The notes: generated from the letters alone by a model not told the origin. A DNA stretch of 64,000 nucleotides from Bdellovibrionales bacterium (GCA_041690295.1 JAWLHR010000005.1:91542-155541), one strand, 5' to 3'. Positions 10,608 through 20,445 are shown, counted from the first letter of the stretch. Numbers and translations are program-made.

Positions 10608-11052
10608 TGGATTGCAGGAAATTTTTAATGCGTTTGTAATTGGCGCCCAGGTCGCTTTTTCCCATGCGCGATTTTGAACGCATGTGCACGGAGGACCCTT
10701 GCGCCTCGGGACGCACTTCAATCACCACGTCGTCTTTGAACTTGAGCATCGGCGTGGTGGCAATGGCCTCAAGTCGGAAATTCGCTTCATCCACGTCCAG
10801 CACTTCCCAATCCGGCATGACCGAGGCCGCCTCGATCACCCGTTTGAAAAACGCGGCCGGACCGAGAGAACTTTGAATCGGGGCTAAATCCGGGTAAAGC
10901 TTCATTTGGCGCTCGATCAATTTGTTGTTGTAGGTGAGGTCGCGACCCTTGTTGGCTTCCAAACGGGCCACGGTCACGAACACCGGCGGCCGATCCGGAG
11001 TGGTGGTGATGTCGTTGATGGGAAAGAGCAAAACCGCCAAGATTAAGGGCAT
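10594..11052 (-). CDS. DUF1499-family protein
   Basis: INDITT, FKDDVVIEV, HMRSKSRMGKSDLGANYKRI. Confidence 0.8.
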   Translation of the reverse strand: MPLILAVLLFPINDITTTPDRPPVFVTVARLEANKGRDLTYNNKLIERQMKLYPDLAPIQSSLGPAAFFKRVIEAASVMPDWEVLDVDEANFRLEAIATTPMLKFKDDVVIEVRPEAQGSSVHMRSKSRMGKSDLGANYKRIKNFLQSIKSN

Positions 11053-11330
11053 TCGTAAGCCAACCCGGTCACGCTGGTGCCATAAGAAGAATATTGTTTC
11101 ACCACGACGTAATTGGCGCCCTTATTGGCCGCTTCACGTTTCAGATCTTCAAGAGCTTGTTCCTGCGTACCATGCACGGAGTTCGCCCGTCCCGAGAGCG
11201 TGCCCATTTCCTTACAGCCCTTCGGTTCGTCACGGCTGACTTTGACTTCTTTGACGTCCGGAAGAACCGAACGTGAGGCACAAGCCGATAAGAAAAATAA
11301 CAAAGAGATCAGAAAAATCCGTTTATGCAT
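11043..11330 (-). CDS. Small lipoprotein (DUF4156-like)
   Basis: Lipobox LSAC; C...G..., LKREAANKGANYV, AYECP. Confidence 0.75.
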   Translation of the reverse strand: MHKRIFLISLLFFLSACASRSVLPDVKEVKVSRDEPKGCKEMGTLSGRANSVHGTQEQALEDLKREAANKGANYVVVKQYSSYGTSVTGLAYECP

Positions 11331-11342
11331 GTATTCCCCCTT

Positions 11343-12680
11343 TTAAGCCTTCCCAGCCACATTCACATCACGAATCAGCAGGGACGGGCTCACGCAATCG
11401 CTGACCGGCACTAAAGAGTCGTTGCCGACCGCTTCGACGCGTTTAAATAGATCCAAAATATTTCCTGAAATTAAGAAGTCTTTCAACGCATGGTCCATTC
11501 GCCCATCGACATACATCAAGCCTTCAACCGGCAAAGAAAAATCGCCGGAGGCCGCGCGAAAACCGGCTCGCCCCAACAGGTCGGTGATAAGGATCACGTT
11601 CTTGTCCGCCGCTAACAGATCAGCGAGCGGTCGTTGACCAGGAGTCACGACAAGATTCGAAGGACTGACACTGAGGTCCGTCGAGGGTGAGCGCGAACCG
11701 TGAGCGGTGTGCGGCTCTTTCATGAGGCGCGCGTACACGGAGTTGGTGAGAAAACCCATCAAGCGGCCGTTTTCGACCAGCGTGGTCTTTTTAGACGCGT
11801 AACCTTCGTCATCGAACGGACGCGAGGACTGTCCTTGGGCCAAAAACGGATCATCCACCACGGTCAACACATCGGCGAAAATCTTTTGCCCTTTCTTGTC
11901 GGCCAAAGGCGATGTTTTTTCGTACACGGATTTGCCGCTGAAGTAAGACGACATTAAACTTAAAAATTCTTCGGCCACGCGATTTTCGAACACAATCGTG
12001 TACTTTCCGTTGGACGGCCGCCGCGCGCCCAGGCGCTCAAGAGTTTTCTCCGCCGCGGATTTCGCCAGCTTCTTGGCATCGAGGGCGTTGAAATCGCGGG
12101 AAAAGCTCACATCCCATGCCATCACCGAGCCCTCATTGTCATTGGCCAAACAGGCGACGTAGGTTGTGCAACCGTTGGTCTGGTATTGAGCGCGAAAGCC
12201 GCGCGTGTTGGCGATCGTGCGGCTCACTCTCCGGTCGGTGTACCGGCAGTAGGGCACACTGATGATCCGCTGATCCGTATCGAGGGCCGTGGCTTCAAGT
12301 TCTTCGGCAAACTGGATTTTTTTGTCGGTGGGAACGGATTCCAGACCGGGATTGTAGATGTCCGAAAGCTTGGGAGTTTCGATCTCGCCTTGGAGTTCAA
12401 GATCGAGTTCTTTCTGAATCATTTTGGCGTTGGCCGCGGCTTCCTCGATCATTTCGATCAAGCTTTCCGGATCCAAACTTTCGGAGTAAGCCACGCCTTC
12501 GTGGCGGCCGTTCACCACACGGACGCCCAATTGGCGCGATTCGGAGACTGAATACTGATCCAGTTTGCGGGATTGAAACCCGATGGCGGTGGACGTGGCT
12601 TCAACCGCGGAAATTTCGGCCTGTAGACCCTTCTCGCGGGCCGCCTCTAAAGCTAAATCAATGGCGCGATCCAAGGTCAT
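11343..12680 (-). CDS. pmbA: PmbA/TldE metalloprotease subunit
   Basis: SRPFDDEG, SGDFS, ISGNILDLF; ATGA overlap with tldD; lacks HExxxH. Confidence 0.9.
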   Translation of the reverse strand: MTLDRAIDLALEAAREKGLQAEISAVEATSTAIGFQSRKLDQYSVSESRQLGVRVVNGRHEGVAYSESLDPESLIEMIEEAAANAKMIQKELDLELQGEIETPKLSDIYNPGLESVPTDKKIQFAEELEATALDTDQRIISVPYCRYTDRRVSRTIANTRGFRAQYQTNGCTTYVACLANDNEGSVMAWDVSFSRDFNALDAKKLAKSAAEKTLERLGARRPSNGKYTIVFENRVAEEFLSLMSSYFSGKSVYEKTSPLADKKGQKIFADVLTVVDDPFLAQGQSSRPFDDEGYASKKTTLVENGRLMGFLTNSVYARLMKEPHTAHGSRSPSTDLSVSPSNLVVTPGQRPLADLLAADKNVILITDLLGRAGFRAASGDFSLPVEGLMYVDGRMDHALKDFLISGNILDLFKRVEAVGNDSLVPVSDCVSPSLLIRDVNVAGKA

Positions 12681-14056
12681 ACTTTGCCTCCGACGGTGAG
12701 TTTGGATACCAGGATGGGCGGTTGACCGACGGTGACCGGAATCATTCCGCTGACCGAGCCGCAAGTGCCGGCGGCGAGTTTCAACTCTTTGCCCACCTTC
12801 TTGATGCGGCCCAGAGTTTCAATTCCGGTTCCAATAAGACTTGCGCCCTTGACTTGCTTTTCGATTTTTCCGTTGCGAACGATGAACGCTTCATTCACCG
12901 CGAAGTTGTACGAACCCGTACCGGGCATCACCGATCCGCCGCCGAGATCTTTGGCGTAGAGGCCGTAATCGATGTCTTTGAGCATTTCCTCGAAAGTGGA
13001 CTCTCCCGGAGCGATGAACGTGTTCCGCATACGTGACGTGGGAGCGAAGCGATAATCCTGGCGGCGTCCGCTGCCGGTGATTTTATATCCGGTTTTTCGC
13101 GCTCCGATTTTATCCACCAGGTAACTCTTTAAAATACCCTTTTCGATAAGGACCGTACGCTGAGTGGGCTCACCTTCATCGTCGATCTCAAGCGAACCGT
13201 AATCGCCCAGCAAGGTGCCGTCGTCGATGGCCGTGACACACTCGTCGGCGATTCGCTCATCAAGTTTCCCGCAAAAAACGGAAGCGTTTTTGGCCACCGA
13301 GGTGGTTTCAAGTCCGTGTCCGCAGGCTTCATGAAAAATCACTCCGCCGAACGCGGAGTCAATCAGCACCGGCATTTCACCGGCCGGCGCCCATTCCGCG
13401 CGAAGAATTCTTAAGGCCTGTTCGGCGGCCCCTTGGCCTAAATCACGAAAATCCACCTGATCCCAATCATCAGAGGTGCCAAGAAAGGCCGTTCTCTTAT
13501 GACCGTTTTCCTTTTCGCCGCCATCTTCCGCATAGGCGAAAGCGATGGCACTCAGGTAATTGCGAACCTCGGAGCGATTGATTCCTTCGGAATTCATGAT
13601 CTGAACGGTCTTAACCGTCTCCGTCATGTCGGCCTGCACTTGCGTCACCAATGAGTTCACGGCGCGGGCGGTTTCATCCACGAGCGCCAGTTGTTGCCAG
13701 TGAAAATCGCTATCGCGTGTGGTGAGTCCTTCGGGACGCGGGTTAAAAATTTGCGCCTGTTCCGGCGGCACCAAAGGAATTTTGGTTCGGCTTTTCAAAG
13801 CCGCCGCCGCGTTCTCGGCCGCCCGTCGCAAACCCTTTTCCGATAAATCATTGGTGTAGGTATAGATTTGCTCCGTGCCGGAGAAAATTCGAATTCCCGC
13901 GCCGAGAGTATGGCCGGAAACGGCGCGATCGGGGCGCGCGTTCAAGTAAGTGAACTGGCGCTTACGCGTGTCTTCAACGTAGACTTCGGCGAAGTCGGCG
14001 CCGGCGCCGATCAGCTGTTCTATGATTTTGCTGAGTAGATCGTCTTGGAGAAGCAT
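12677..14056 (-). CDS. tldD: TldD metalloprotease subunit
   Basis: FHEACGHGLE, DDEG, TGSGRRQ, SRMRNT, GTCG, VGQP. Confidence 0.93.
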   Translation of the reverse strand: MLLQDDLLSKIIEQLIGAGADFAEVYVEDTRKRQFTYLNARPDRAVSGHTLGAGIRIFSGTEQIYTYTNDLSEKGLRRAAENAAAALKSRTKIPLVPPEQAQIFNPRPEGLTTRDSDFHWQQLALVDETARAVNSLVTQVQADMTETVKTVQIMNSEGINRSEVRNYLSAIAFAYAEDGGEKENGHKRTAFLGTSDDWDQVDFRDLGQGAAEQALRILRAEWAPAGEMPVLIDSAFGGVIFHEACGHGLETTSVAKNASVFCGKLDERIADECVTAIDDGTLLGDYGSLEIDDEGEPTQRTVLIEKGILKSYLVDKIGARKTGYKITGSGRRQDYRFAPTSRMRNTFIAPGESTFEEMLKDIDYGLYAKDLGGGSVMPGTGSYNFAVNEAFIVRNGKIEKQVKGASLIGTGIETLGRIKKVGKELKLAAGTCGSVSGMIPVTVGQPPILVSKLTVGGKV

Positions 14057-14123
14057 GGAATATGATCCTTCCTGAGGGCGCCATGGCGCATCTGGGAGGA
14101 TCAGATTACTACCATGTGGTCCT

Positions 14124-15236
14124 TTAGAAAACAAAATGCCACTGGGATATGAACGCTACATCCGGCGCGTTATTCACGTAAAGAAAGTCATCGCGTTCGT
14201 CCTTGTCGCCCAGACCCCAATCTTCCACCAGCATGAAATTAATTTGGCTGCCTTTGCCCCAGCGCCATCTCACACCGATCGACTCGGAGCCCCGCCACTC
14301 GACCAGAGAGTTCCAGCCGGAAGCGATGCGCTCCGCCAAGCGGGCGTCGTGATCCGCATGAGTGTATACAAAATCGAGATGTTCACGGCTGAAAAAGGGC
14401 GATTCGGCGCGCGCCTGTAAGATCACACCGAAATTGCGGCTGAGCCCGATATCCAGTGAAATCTCGTACATCTGTAACCAGCGGCGCTGCGGCCACCCAT
14501 CGAAGGTTTTATTGCGTCCGACCTTGGTGATCGCGGCGGTCATCCATAAGCCGGAGTAGTGTTTGATGGGCATTCCAAGGTGGGCGAGTCCGCTGAAATC
14601 CTGACCGCCTGAACTTAAACCCAAACCGCGCTTTTGCACCGGAAATTTACCTTGAGCGGAGACCGCGAAGCCGCAATCACAAACTCCGGGCGTGGGGCTT
14701 CGCCATTTGAGCGGCCACCACTTCATCTTCACTTTGTAACTCCCCACGCCTTGTCCATAGCGGGAATCGAGTTGCTCCTCGCCGTTTTTCTTGACCGAAA
14801 AGTGATTGTCGAAATCGTCGTTGAGGTGCCGGAGAAAGCGATCACTGCCGATCACCAGGTGAAATTGATCGATGAATTCATCCATAAAGCCGCCGTTGCG
14901 ATTGGCGTAGGGAACTTCGAGTCCAAAAGCGAAATCTTTGGTTAAAGCCCAACCCATTTCAAGAATGGTGGAGCTTTGTTCGAAGTCGGCCTCGTAACCG
15001 TAAATATCCCCCGTGCGTTCGTCGATCATCTCGAAGTTCATGTTCCAGATGTTGGCGTGATTGAGCTCGAGGTTGAGCCATTGATCTTCGCTCCAGCCGG
15101 GCGTTTCCCCAACGGGCGTCAGATGCATCCAGCCCACGGGATGCGCGTTGCGGAAACTGGTGCGATGGGCATGGGAATTCCAAGCGACAAGGCCGACCAG
15201 AACGAAAAAAAGTCCTTTCGCCCAACGAAAAGGCAT
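14124..15236 (-). CDS. Outer-membrane beta-barrel protein (DUF3187-like)
   Basis: Signal peptide, GGFMDEFIDQFH, C-terminal APDV...WHFVF ending in Phe. Confidence 0.65.
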   Translation of the reverse strand: MPFRWAKGLFFVLVGLVAWNSHAHRTSFRNAHPVGWMHLTPVGETPGWSEDQWLNLELNHANIWNMNFEMIDERTGDIYGYEADFEQSSTILEMGWALTKDFAFGLEVPYANRNGGFMDEFIDQFHLVIGSDRFLRHLNDDFDNHFSVKKNGEEQLDSRYGQGVGSYKVKMKWWPLKWRSPTPGVCDCGFAVSAQGKFPVQKRGLGLSSGGQDFSGLAHLGMPIKHYSGLWMTAAITKVGRNKTFDGWPQRRWLQMYEISLDIGLSRNFGVILQARAESPFFSREHLDFVYTHADHDARLAERIASGWNSLVEWRGSESIGVRWRWGKGSQINFMLVEDWGLGDKDERDDFLYVNNAPDVAFISQWHFVF

Positions 15237-15265
15237 ATCTATAGAATCGCAAAATTCGAAATAGC

Positions 15266-16384
15266 TTACAAATCGTCGTAGGAGACTTTGACGATTCTGG
15301 ACAGCGGTTTGGCCTGGCAGGTGAGGGCTTCGCAGTTCGCGATGTTATCGTCTGTGAGTATCCCCGGATCTTTTTGATAGACACGACCTTCTTTGACTTT
15401 CGCCATGCACGCCATGCAGGCCCCGTCCATGCACGAGTAAGGGGCTTGATGCCCGGCCTCAAGTAGAGTTTCCAGAATACTTTGGTCCGCCTTCGCGGGA
15501 ACCTCGACGGTTTCACCGTTGAGTTCGGCGATGATCTTTTCCGGTGTTCCTTGCTCTTGGTCCGGACCGATCAGAGTCCAGCTGGAATCCACGGCCGGCG
15601 CCGCGGGTTTGTGAACACCCACGGCGAAATCTTCGATGTGAACGCGCTCCGAACTCACGCTGTTTTTCAGCAAGAATTCCTTGATGGAATTCATAAATTC
15701 CGTGGGTCCGCAGAGATAGTAATCGCGCTCCAGACCCGTCGCGCCCGTTTGCGAGAAAATCCGCCGCAAAAGATCTTCGTTCAAGCGGCCGCAATTGCCG
15801 TTCCAAGAGGAACTTGGGCGCGAAAGCACATGAACCAACTCCAAGCGGGGACTGAACTCTTTTTCCATCGCCTGGAGTTCCTGTCCGTAGATGATGGAGC
15901 TTTCATTGCGATTGCAATAAACAAGTGTCACGCGGTTGGCGGGTCCCGAAGCCAGCACGGTTTTTAAAATGGAGAATATCGGAGTGATCCCGCTGCCAGC
16001 GGCGAAAAGCACGTAGTGAACGCCGGAATCGATCAGCAAAGGTTTAAAGAAATGTCCCGCCGGCGGTGTCGTGAGAAGGACATCGCCTTCTTTCACGCGC
16101 TCGCAAAGGAAAGTTGAACCTCTTCCGCCCTCGACTTTTTTAACCGTCACTTTAAATTCAGTGTCGGTGAGCGGAGACGTGGAAAGGGAATAGCTGCGGT
16201 TCAGCTTTTCACCGTTGATATCCAAAAAGAAACTGACGAACTGGCCGGCTTGATAGCGGAACTGACTTTTCAGTTCATCGGGAATTTCAAGCACCAAAGA
16301 GACCGCCTCAGGAGTTTCCTGTATGCGTTTGATCACCTTAAGCGGCTTCGCCAGCGTGTCTAAATTCAATCGCCCATCCTCCAT
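15266..16384 (-). CDS. FAD/NAD(P)H ferredoxin reductase with C-terminal 2Fe-2S domain (PaaE/KshB-type)
   Basis: RSYSLS, GGRGS, AGSGITP, YLCGP, CMDGACMAC...LTCQA. Confidence 0.9.
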   Translation of the reverse strand: MEDGRLNLDTLAKPLKVIKRIQETPEAVSLVLEIPDELKSQFRYQAGQFVSFFLDINGEKLNRSYSLSTSPLTDTEFKVTVKKVEGGRGSTFLCERVKEGDVLLTTPPAGHFFKPLLIDSGVHYVLFAAGSGITPIFSILKTVLASGPANRVTLVYCNRNESSIIYGQELQAMEKEFSPRLELVHVLSRPSSSWNGNCGRLNEDLLRRIFSQTGATGLERDYYLCGPTEFMNSIKEFLLKNSVSSERVHIEDFAVGVHKPAAPAVDSSWTLIGPDQEQGTPEKIIAELNGETVEVPAKADQSILETLLEAGHQAPYSCMDGACMACMAKVKEGRVYQKDPGILTDDNIANCEALTCQAKPLSRIVKVSYDDL

Positions 16385-17175
16385 CGCATTTCGCCGATGA
16401 TTCGCGCCGGTCCGATCAAATGCGGGGCGCCTTTTTTCCATACCACAGTGAGGTCGCCGCCGGGAACATGCACTTTAAGTGGACGTTCTTCCTGGCCCTT
16501 GAGAATGACGGTCGCCGCGGAAACCGCGCCGGTTCCGCAGGCGAGAGTGAAATCCTCGACACCTCGTTCAAAGGTCACGCTTTCAATTTCGTGGTTGTGA
16601 AGATCGCGAAGGAACGTGACGTTAACGCCTTTGGCCTGAAAACGGGGATGTTGTTTGACCGATAAGGCTTTGGCACGAAGCTCGTCGCGATTGTTGATGG
16701 AGTCCACGGAAACAACCGCGTGGGGAACTCCGGCATTGACCAAAACGAAATCGGCTCCAGCTTCAACATCGCCGATGGGTGGAAGATTCACTTCGATTTC
16801 GTCTTCCGTGCGCACTTCGGCATGGACCAAGCCGCTCACGGTTTGGAAGCGACAGGTTTGGACATTGTGGAGTTTGGACCAATAAAGCGCCACCGCCCGA
16901 GTGGCGTTCCCGCAGAGTTCGGCCCTACCACCGTCACTGTTATAAAAATCCCAGCGGAAATCGGCTTCCTCGTCCGGCTCCAGGAAAACCACACCGTCGG
17001 CACCCAAGCCGAAATGCCGATCGCACCAGCGGACCACCAAGTCGGAGCGGGGAGTGGAGCTAAACTCCTGATCCCAGGTGTTCCGCTGTTCAGGAGTTGT
17101 TAAATCGATGATGAGGAAGTCGTTCCCGGCCGCTGTGGCCTTGATTATAGGGGTTACAGAAAATTTCATCGGCAT
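16366..17175 (-). CDS. dapF: Diaminopimelate epimerase
   Basis: GNDF, DRHFGLGADG, NSDG, ELCGN, ERGV, TLACGTG. Confidence 0.95.
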   Translation of the reverse strand: MPMKFSVTPIIKATAAGNDFLIIDLTTPEQRNTWDQEFSSTPRSDLVVRWCDRHFGLGADGVVFLEPDEEADFRWDFYNSDGGRAELCGNATRAVALYWSKLHNVQTCRFQTVSGLVHAEVRTEDEIEVNLPPIGDVEAGADFVLVNAGVPHAVVSVDSINNRDELRAKALSVKQHPRFQAKGVNVTFLRDLHNHEIESVTFERGVEDFTLACGTGAVSAATVILKGQEERPLKVHVPGGDLTVVWKKGAPHLIGPARIIGEMRWRMGD

Positions 17176-17411
17176 GGGCTGAGGTTAGGGGGGATTGGGT
17201 GGATTAGCCAAGCGTTTTCGAGCAATAGGGGGTGTTACTCGGCTAGCCAACGTAAGTTAGTGAATTCTATCGGCATTCATTCGCCTGGCAGCGGGGCTGT
17301 CGAAGTTTCGTACTTTTCGAGAATTTTCCCGCCGTGGTGAACTCAAGACTTTTCAGTGATTTAGGATAACGCGACCGCTGGCTTGGGTCTTGATATTGTG
17401 AGCTATTAGCG

Positions 17412-17693
17412 ATGAATCTGCCTTCTTTACCGGTTGCCGGTTTAATTCTGATCTCGTTTATTGTCGGCCTGCGCCTTGGCACCGGTGAACAATTGTCCAG
17501 CCTTGACCTCAGCTCGTCAGCACCCTCCGGCGAAATTAATGAACCTGCGAGTGCTTCACCGGGTGATTGGTCGGATGAGAGTTTCACGGATGCGAGTCCG
17601 GACGCTGAGCGAAAGAGGGTCAACCAAATCATAGATTCGTTGATCGGCAAGGAAGGCGAAGAGATTCCCGCCGCCGGCCCGGTCAATCGCTAG
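17412..17693 (+). CDS. Hypothetical protein: N-terminal TM helix and acidic low-complexity tail
   Basis: 93-aa ORF with a hydrophobic N-terminus, co-oriented with the next gene. Confidence 0.55.
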   Translation: MNLPSLPVAGLILISFIVGLRLGTGEQLSSLDLSSSAPSGEINEPASASPGDWSDESFTDASPDAERKRVNQIIDSLIGKEGEEIPAAGPVNR

Positions 17694-17804
17694 CCAGTCA
17701 TTTTACAAGCCTGAACAAATTTCCCGACATTTCAGAATAATCATTTCAATTTCGCCGACTCGATTGGTTAAATCGCCGCGATCGATTATATATTCCAGTC
17801 TTCA

Positions 17805-19034
17805 ATGCTCGGGAGAGATCAAGTGACATTACGATTGGTGCTTTTATTAGGAACGATTTCCCTAATTGGTTGTTCCGTCTTTGATGACCTTAAGTCGATG
17901 AAAAAAAACATGGGCGAGCTTAAGGGAAAAATGGAATCGGACGTGGGGCATTTAGCGAAGCGCGCCGACGATCTTGAGCGCGAGATGGCGTTCAAGGAAT
18001 CCAGCGCCATGTTCAATTACTTCATGGAACTTCTGTTCGGCGAGCGCGATCGTGAGGCGCGGACCGCGACGGGCATGCCGGAAACAGCGATGTTACTTTA
18101 TGCCGAGGGCGCGGTGCGGGCGCTTCTCTTTCAATTTTGGAAGGGTGATTACTTCGAGGCGTTCGAAAATGAACTGGATCAGCGCTTTGAATTGTCCATG
18201 GCCATGGTGTTCGCGAGGATCAATGACTACATTCCCCGCGACTTCAACATCTCGCCCCCAGCGGTTGATTGGTCTGAACTAAAAGTTTATCCGGATCGAT
18301 CTTATAAGGCGCTGGCATCCTTCGCCGCGCGAATGGATCAGGTTCAACCCACCTATGTGAAGGCGCTGCAAAGGCACGGCTTGCCGAACCTGTCGATGTA
18401 CGAAGTCCTGGTTTTGGCTTTGCGCGATCGGGAATTGGTGTCGCAGGTCAGTCCGCTCCCCCGCACGAAAGCCAAAATTCTCGAATGGAAGAATGAAGCC
18501 GTTTATCTGCTGCAGTTGCGCCATAATTATCTGCCGATGATGGTGATGTCGCGCATGACGGATTTTAATGATCTGACGAACTTTCAGCGTTGGTGGATGA
18601 AATGGACCACCAAGAAAGTGGATTTGAATTCGTACTCTCCCGCGCAACTTCGCGAATGGACAGCCTGGTTGAATTCCGCGCGCGAAACCCGCCAGCGCCT
18701 GCGTGAGATCGGCATTGAACCGAAGTACAATAAAATTCTTGGCGAAATCTTGCGTTCCATCGATTTCGGTCAAGAGAAGATTCTGACCAAGAAGGCTGTG
18801 ACGGAAGCCGAAAAATTGCAGGTGGACTTCGCCGAGGCGTTTACCGCGATCACTTCGGATTTGGAGTCTCAACCCGCGGAATCTTTTCGCGAGCGAATGG
18901 CGGGTTGGTTTCTCGGTTGGGGACTCGATCAGCAGCGCTCGCCATCGGAGGATGTGCCCATCGTGGCTGAGGATACCGTTGTGAGTCCTTACCTGAATGT
19001 TCGTGATCCGAAGATTCGTGAGAAGTTGTTTTAG
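17805..19034 (+). CDS. Hypothetical lipoprotein
   Basis: LLLGTISLIGC lipobox followed by a coiled-coil-like segment; the true start may be GTG 17823. Confidence 0.75.
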   Translation: MLGRDQVTLRLVLLLGTISLIGCSVFDDLKSMKKNMGELKGKMESDVGHLAKRADDLEREMAFKESSAMFNYFMELLFGERDREARTATGMPETAMLLYAEGAVRALLFQFWKGDYFEAFENELDQRFELSMAMVFARINDYIPRDFNISPPAVDWSELKVYPDRSYKALASFAARMDQVQPTYVKALQRHGLPNLSMYEVLVLALRDRELVSQVSPLPRTKAKILEWKNEAVYLLQLRHNYLPMMVMSRMTDFNDLTNFQRWWMKWTTKKVDLNSYSPAQLREWTAWLNSARETRQRLREIGIEPKYNKILGEILRSIDFGQEKILTKKAVTEAEKLQVDFAEAFTAITSDLESQPAESFRERMAGWFLGWGLDQQRSPSEDVPIVAEDTVVSPYLNVRDPKIREKLF

Positions 19035-19055
19035 GTCGCCACTGATTCCCTTTGC

Positions 19056-19296
19056 GGCTGTTGCGGTAAATGATCTTCGTACCTGGCGCCTCCGACGCTT
19101 GCGGAAAAAGCTTCGAATTAAAAAAAATGATTTGATTTGTGATGGGGGCGTTTGCGGAATCTCGAGAGAAGTCACATTTCTTCCCGAAGGTTTACCCATG
19201 CGCGGGGTGAAAATTGATTGAAGTGCACGGCCTTGCCTGTGAAGGCTGAATTTTTCCTGAGAGAACTTTGTCAGACTGTGTGCAAAAGCGATACAG
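19056..19296. repeat. ~240-bp non-coding direct repeat, copy 1 (downstream of the HNH gene)
   Basis: Core 19132-19296 aligns ungapped to 20731-20895 with 8 mismatches in 165 bp (manual count); the left ~76 bp is more diverged. Confidence 0.95.
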
Positions 19297-19329
19297 AATT
19301 TTTACTTTAACACTTCTCGACACGTCCAT

Positions 19330-20445
19330 CTAACTAGATCGTGACTTCAGTCCTTTGCATTGGTCTCGCTGATAATTCCTGAATTTATTGTGGGCACTAC
19401 ATAATAAACGAAGATTCTCGAGGTCATTTGAGCCGCCCTTGGCAAATTCGTGAATGTGATCGATTTCAAGGCCGTGCCGACTTCCACATTGACGGCCGGT
19501 GATTGGATCCACGTAGGTGCATCGAGCATTGGATTTTTGCCAAACTTTCCGTCGGGTTTGGGCATCGATGTACCTAGACCTTGTTATTTTCGGGTTACTT
19601 TTGAGTTGCTTTGCGATTGGAGAATGAATTGGGTCTTCACTGAACTGAACTGATGATTGATTCGGGTCTTCGCTTACCTGAGTTGGTGATTGACTCGGGT
19701 CTTCACCTAACTGAGCTGGAGAATGACTCGGGTCTTCGCTTAACTGAGTTGGGGGGTTGCTCGGTCCTTCGTCCAACGTCGTTGTGGATAGATTCTCTAA
19801 CTTAGCTATGGATCGATTCTGATCATATTCCAATTCAGGTACAGGTTTATTTTTTCTGACCTGTTTCAACATATTTTTGGTCATGATTCTGATTAAATTG
19901 CCGAGGTCGCCGGAGTAATTTTGGGAAGCTAGCAGGCCTTTAAGTTCATCGAGATCTCGAAGAAGGTCCTCTTCGGCTTCAAAAGTAAGTTTGACTTTTA
20001 CCGGTTCGCCAAAAGTTTTCGCGAGTTTTTCGCGTGCGACCTGTTTCGTGCTGCCGCTGAGTTCGTTAATGATATGCTTTTTTTCCCATGGGGAAAGTGG
20101 CGGGAGATCATTTTCGGCGCGCCGCCCATTTTCATTGCGGAATGCGGATTGAGCCAGGGCTGCGACAGAAAGCGATAACTCACCGGAAGCGATTTGAGAC
20201 TGGATCTCCGGAACATCGCGCGACAGCCGCATCGCTTGAATTCGAATCTGAGCTTCAGGTTCTGAGTAGCCGAGACATTCCGTACAGAACGCGAACATCG
20301 AGGAATAGCCCCTCGCCAAGTACAGTTTTCGATGTTCCACTTCTCGCAAATATTCCAAGATTTGCGCGATCAGTGTTCGTTCTTTTTGTACAAGTTTTTT
20401 CAGATCGAAAATCAGTTGTTCGTCGCTGACGTTTCTCGGTTGCAA
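19330..20445 (-). CDS. HNH endonuclease with DUF222-like helical N-terminal domain
   Basis: N-terminal RKLYLARGYSSMFAFCTECLGYSEPEAQIRIQAMRL; C-terminal RYIDAQTRRKVW..RCTYVDPITGRQC...LEIDHIHEFAKGGSNDLENLRLLCSAHN; AAAGGAG RBS before the TTG start. Confidence 0.9.
   Translation of the reverse strand: MQPRNVSDEQLIFDLKKLVQKERTLIAQILEYLREVEHRKLYLARGYSSMFAFCTECLGYSEPEAQIRIQAMRLSRDVPEIQSQIASGELSLSVAALAQSAFRNENGRRAENDLPPLSPWEKKHIINELSGSTKQVAREKLAKTFGEPVKVKLTFEAEEDLLRDLDELKGLLASQNYSGDLGNLIRIMTKNMLKQVRKNKPVPELEYDQNRSIAKLENLSTTTLDEGPSNPPTQLSEDPSHSPAQLGEDPSQSPTQVSEDPNQSSVQFSEDPIHSPIAKQLKSNPKITRSRYIDAQTRRKVWQKSNARCTYVDPITGRQCGSRHGLEIDHIHEFAKGGSNDLENLRLLCSAHNKFRNYQRDQCKGLKSRSS
19618..19752 (-). repeat. Intragenic 33-bp tandem repeat (about 4 copies; 11-aa unit [S/G]EDPxxSxxQx)
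   Basis: GGGTCTTC recurs at 19631, 19664, 19697 and 19730. Confidence 0.9.

Noticed and set aside
18279..19199. 306-aa minus-strand ORF starting in repeat copy 1 (MGKPSGRNVTSL...)
   Set aside because: Mostly antisense to the lipoprotein gene; the equivalent frame in copy 2 stops after about 19 codons, so the repeat is unlikely to be coding
19330..20445. IscB, Cas9, TIGR-Tas or IS transposase assignment for the HNH gene
   Set aside because: No PLMP, RuvC, Nop, DDE or HUH motifs are visible, and there are no terminal inverted repeats or target-site duplication
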